Source of the DNA: an uncultured Pseudomonadales bacterium
Lineage (GTDB): Bacteria; Patescibacteriota; Microgenomatia; UBA1400; CAYNBK01
Direction of reading: 5' to 3'
Assembly: GCA_964395485.1 (NCBI GenBank)
Contig: CAYNBK010000001.1
Location: 1-25,780, forward strand
Length of the DNA: 25,780 bases
Part shown: positions 22,787-25,780 of the stretch, in pieces
How positions within the stretch are numbered: the first letter of the stretch is position 1
Layout of the letters: every line of letters starts with the position of its first letter
Made by a program: the position numbers and the translations under genes
Notes under the pieces: model-generated
What the model saw: only the letters and a program-made list of their open reading frames with translations
Databases searched by the model: none
What the model was told of the DNA's origin: nothing

Positions 22787-22939
22787 ATGCCACCACTACC
22801 AAAAAGAAAAATATCCAGCCGGCGGAGCGGTAAAAGAAGGCAAAATCACCGGGTAAAACTGCCCAATATGGTAAAGTGCAAATTTTGCAACACCCTAAAA
22901 TTAAGCCATCAAATCTGTAAAAACTGTGGTAAATATTAA
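22787..22939 (+). CDS. rpmF: 50S ribosomal protein L32, Zn-ribbon type (not in ORF track)
   Basis: MPPLPKRKISSRRSGKRR...CKFC...HQICKNCGKY, 50 aa. Confidence 0.95.
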   Translation: MPPLPKRKISSRRSGKRRQNHRVKLPNMVKCKFCNTLKLSHQICKNCGKY

Positions 22940-23299
22940 GTGAAAACTGCCTCAGATCCCCGCCATTTACACCGTGAAAAACTAGTCCAAAATTTGTATA
23001 GTTATTCTTTTAGCACAAAAGGAACAGATTTAAAACTTGTTAAAGAAATACTTGACAAGCTTCCTGTTATCGATCATAACATTACTAAGGCCGCTTCGGA
23101 GTGGCCGATAGAAAAAATAAACAGGCTTGACTTGGCAGTATTACGGCTGGCTGTGTTTGAAATACTCAGCGGCAAAACACCTGTTAAAGTGATTGTAGAC
23201 GAAGCGATAGAACTAGCAAAGCAATACGGCAGTGAAAAATCGCCCCAATTTGTAAATGGTGCGCTTGGCGCAATCCTAAAAAAACATGGATATAAATAA
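22940..23299 (+). CDS. nusB: Transcription antitermination factor NusB
   Basis: RLDLAVLRLAVFEI, VIVDEAIELAKQYGSEKSPQFVNGALG. GTG start abuts the rpmF stop. Confidence 0.94.
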   Translation: MKTASDPRHLHREKLVQNLYSYSFSTKGTDLKLVKEILDKLPVIDHNITKAASEWPIEKINRLDLAVLRLAVFEILSGKTPVKVIVDEAIELAKQYGSEKSPQFVNGALGAILKKHGYK

Positions 23300-23522
23300 A
23301 ATAAACAGCATTGTGGCCGACAGCCTGGGTATTAACTTGGGTGAAATCAAAGAGGAGGCTAATTTCTTTGAAGATTATAACTGCGACCAAATCGAGATAA
23401 ACGATATGATGCTTAAAATTAACAACGAATTACAAGTACAAATCCCAGAAAACGAATTTCAGGCGCTCCAAACGGTTTCCGACTTATATCTTATACTGGA
23501 AGAGTATTCCGATGAAGTTTAA
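23286..23522 (+). CDS. Acyl carrier protein-like protein lacking the conserved DSL serine
   Basis: Acidic 78 aa, aligns colinearly with ACP by eye (ANFFEDYNCDQIEI vs E. coli ASFVEDLGADSLDT). acp-rnc synteny. Confidence 0.8.
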   Translation: MDINKINSIVADSLGINLGEIKEEANFFEDYNCDQIEINDMMLKINNELQVQIPENEFQALQTVSDLYLILEEYSDEV

Positions 23523-24201
23523 GAACCAAAAAACTCCAACTATTCCCGTTTTCAAACAAAAGAAGTTGCTGGAACAGGCCTTTGTCCACCGATCCTATCT
23601 AAATGAACAAAGGCAGATCCGAGAATCAAATGAAAGACTGGAATTTTTGGGCGATGCTGTACTGGAGCTGGTATGTTCGCTTTATTTATTTAAAAATTTT
23701 CCCAGCTATCCTGAGGGGAAAATGACCAATATCCGGTCAAAACTGGTACAAACGTCTACTTTGGCTTGGGCCGCTCTCAATTTAAAACTGAGCGAAAAAC
23801 TGCTATTGTCCAAGGGCGAAAAAAACGCCAACGGCAATCAAAACCCCTCTATTTTGGCCGATACCTTTGAAGCACTGTTGGGAGCTATATACCTAGACGG
23901 AGGCTATCCAAAAGTAGAGAAATTTATCTACCTGGCCCTTATCCTGCCGTTTTTCTCCAATTTAAACGAAGTTGCCCCTCATGACTATAAAAGCCTGCTC
24001 CAAGAAGAAGTTCAATCATTAAAAATGCCCGCCCCAAACTACCGGGTAATAAAAGAAGTTGGTCCTGATCATAGCAAAAAATTTGTTGTGGAGGTTTCTA
24101 TTACTGACTTAAAAAAGGCCGATGGAGCCGGCAGTTCCAAACAAAAAGCCGAGCAGGAAGCGGCCAAAAAGGCTCTTGAGAATTTTTTTAAAAAAGGATA
24201 A
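23512..24201 (+). CDS. rnc: Ribonuclease III
   Basis: NERLEFLGDAVL, ADTFEALLGAIYLD, dsRBD with YKSLLQE, GPDH, SKQKAEQEAA. Confidence 0.97.
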   Translation: MKFKNQKTPTIPVFKQKKLLEQAFVHRSYLNEQRQIRESNERLEFLGDAVLELVCSLYLFKNFPSYPEGKMTNIRSKLVQTSTLAWAALNLKLSEKLLLSKGEKNANGNQNPSILADTFEALLGAIYLDGGYPKVEKFIYLALILPFFSNLNEVAPHDYKSLLQEEVQSLKMPAPNYRVIKEVGPDHSKKFVVEVSITDLKKADGAGSSKQKAEQEAAKKALENFFKKG

Positions 24202-24211
24202 AATACTTCTT

Positions 24212-24457
24212 ATGTTAAAAATCAGATTGCTTCGAACCGGCAAAAAAAAGCAGGCGAGTTACCGGGTAATCGTCAAAGAGGCGAAAGATAAGCGGGATGG
24301 TACTTACCGCGAGTGTATCGGACAATATTATACTGTAAGCGCTCAAAATAAAACTAAAATAGATAAAAGCCGCTATGATTATTGGGTGTCAAAAGGCGCT
24401 CAGGCCACCCGAACAGTAAGAAATATTTACCAAAGGCTATATGGAAGATCTGATTAA
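24212..24457 (+). CDS. rpsP: 30S ribosomal protein S16
   Basis: MLKIRLLRTGKKKQASYRVIV, YWVSKGAQAT. The true start is ATG 24212, with TAAAAT 7 nt upstream. Confidence 0.96.
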   Translation: MLKIRLLRTGKKKQASYRVIVKEAKDKRDGTYRECIGQYYTVSAQNKTKIDKSRYDYWVSKGAQATRTVRNIYQRLYGRSD

Positions 24458-24695
24458 ATATCTTGCTTCACAAATCGTCAGCAAGCCGGAAGAAATAAAA
24501 CTAAGAACAGAAGAAAAAGACAGAATATATTTGTACTACCTGACCGTTTCACCGGAAGATATGCCCCGCATTATCGGCAAAAAAGGTAAAACCATCCAAA
24601 GCTTGCGTCATTTAATCCGGATCCGCTCATTTAAGGAAAAGAAAAAAGCTGTCATTGTACTAGAGGAGGAGCCGGAAAAAGCTAGCGGGGACTAA
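24441..24695 (+). CDS. khpA: KH-domain RNA-binding protein KhpA
   Basis: DMPRIIGKKGKTIQSLR (GxxG loop); rpsP-khpA synteny. Confidence 0.88.
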   Translation: MEDLIKYLASQIVSKPEEIKLRTEEKDRIYLYYLTVSPEDMPRIIGKKGKTIQSLRHLIRIRSFKEKKKAVIVLEEEPEKASGD

Positions 24696-25425
24696 ATATA
24701 TTATTCTTGCCGCTTACGCTTTCCCTTGCCTGAACCTCCGGATAAACCCGATAATCCTTTAACTCATCGATAAGAGACTGTTCTTGTTCATCCAGGGTCG
24801 TAATGGCCGCTTCTGCCTCGCCCAAACCGACAGGTGCACCCTGATAGTAAACAGTCATGCTTATGGCTGCTTTTATCATTGCCTCCTTATCTTCGCTCAA
24901 AGAGTTTATCGTTAAGGTGTCAATTGAAGCCAGCGGGGCTGTTTGCTTAAACTGGTCAATAAAATTAAAAATATTAGACAAAGTCCCGTTTATATTAATA
25001 GCGAGGCTGATATTTTGCAGTTGGCCGCTTTCTTCCTGGCTTATGGCTTTTTCAGGTTTGTTTTTAATAGTTCCGGGGTTAAGACTCACTCCGGCAAAGG
25101 AAACCTTATTTTCTCTTGCTGTATTTTTAAGCGAATTAATAAGGTTCATAACCGGCTTGTCTGATGGGAAAACCTGCTCTATGGTTTGCAGCTGCCATGA
25201 AAGGGTGTTTTTATCAAGCGATCCCAAGATCGCCATCTTAGATCTTAAACCGGCCGTCTTTACCTGATTTTCAGCGATAGACTTAGACAAAGCGTTTGTT
25301 TTCTGAATGGTGTTTTTGACCACAGTAAAAGAAAAAACCAAAAAAGCCATTAAGGCCAAAAAAACTAAAAGGCTGCGGCTGCTTTTATCAATATCATTGT
25401 TGGCGATAGTAAAGTCTAATCTCAT
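24682..25425 (-). CDS. Type IV pilus assembly PilO-like protein
   Basis: Single TM helix, coiled coil, then ferredoxin-like pattern ISLAININGTLSNIFNFIDQF...IDTLTI. Downstream of a PilN-like gene. Confidence 0.65.
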   Translation of the reverse strand: MRLDFTIANNDIDKSSRSLLVFLALMAFLVFSFTVVKNTIQKTNALSKSIAENQVKTAGLRSKMAILGSLDKNTLSWQLQTIEQVFPSDKPVMNLINSLKNTARENKVSFAGVSLNPGTIKNKPEKAISQEESGQLQNISLAININGTLSNIFNFIDQFKQTAPLASIDTLTINSLSEDKEAMIKAAISMTVYYQGAPVGLGEAEAAITTLDEQEQSLIDELKDYRVYPEVQARESVSGKNNIFSPR

Positions 25426-25429
25426 TTTT

Positions 25430-25780
25430 TTATTGTAAGAAATCTATTAATACTGAAAAATTATATTGGCCGGGTAAACTTTTATCTTCTCCTCTGTTGG
25501 TGCTCAAACCGCCGATACTAGCCTTGCTGATAATTAAAGCTCCGGATTTCTGGCTCTGAACGTTGTCCAAAAAAGTTTTCAGAGCCCTCAGGCTCTCAGC
25601 CCGACCGTTAAACTGCAGCTGGTTTTGTTGAGTGATTGTAAAGCCGTCGATCGATACGCCAGAAGGTAAGATTGAAAATAAATAGTCAGTAATCTGATGG
25701 TGCTGACGTTTAAAACCCAAAATATCTTTTAGGGAGTTGGTTTTTGAGCTCAAATAAAGATTCAAGGATTCCAAATCTTT
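25430..25780 (-). CDS. Type IV pilus assembly PilN-like protein, 5'-partial
   Basis: Frame is open to the window edge. LFSILPSGVSIDGFTI...FNGRAESLRALKTFLDNV...YNFSV is a PilN-like pattern. Confidence 0.65.
   Translation of the reverse strand, partial: KDLESLNLYLSSKTNSLKDILGFKRQHHQITDYLFSILPSGVSIDGFTITQQNQLQFNGRAESLRALKTFLDNVQSQKSGALIISKASIGGLSTNRGEDKSLPGQYNFSVLIDFLQ

Noticed and set aside
24122-24211. N-terminal extension of S16 in the ORF track
   Set aside because: It overlaps rnc in another frame; canonical S16 starts at 24212.
1-25780. Alternative genetic code (TGA=Gly, as in Gracilibacteria/Absconditabacteria)
   Set aside because: Conserved genes are full-length without internal TGA, and several end at TGA at the expected position (for example murT, gatD, thrS, tig).

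Overview
A 25.8-kb, AT-rich, code-11 bacterial core-genome region. It is most likely Patescibacteria/CPR, Microgenomates-like, inferred from the domain-trimmed trigger factor, ThrRS and PheT, the Pro/Thr-tailed PBP1A, the type IV pilus genes and the RAYT type. Gene order: murT(partial)-gatD, tRNA-Leu(TAG), a MacAB/YknXYZ-type ABC exporter, tig, an orphan ORF, a small-ORF cassette, a PLP aminotransferase, tRNA-Val(GAC), T-box-ORF-thrS-infC-rpmI-rplT-pheS-pheT, pbp1A(-), a RAYT/IS200-like Y1 transposase, dtd(-), tyrS, a small membrane ORF, recG, rpmF-nusB-ACP-like-rnc-rpsP-khpA, pilO(-) and pilN(partial,-). The most interesting signals lie outside the ORF track. (1) A complete trp-type leader-peptide attenuator with Leu/Tyr/Phe control codons at 6483-6601, driving an unknown 61-aa protein and then an aminotransferase. 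(2) A T-box riboswitch with candidate Thr specifiers whose first regulated gene is an unknown membrane protein rather than thrS. (3) An ACP homologue lacking the phosphopantetheine serine. (4) Dispersed 7/8-nt repeat arrays, two of them translated inside GatD. (5) Several REP-like palindromes plus a RAYT bracketed by inverted 13-nt palindromes. (6) Many apparently leaderless housekeeping genes, with strong SD sites mainly on the attenuator-controlled small ORFs. All structures were paired by eye; no searches were run.
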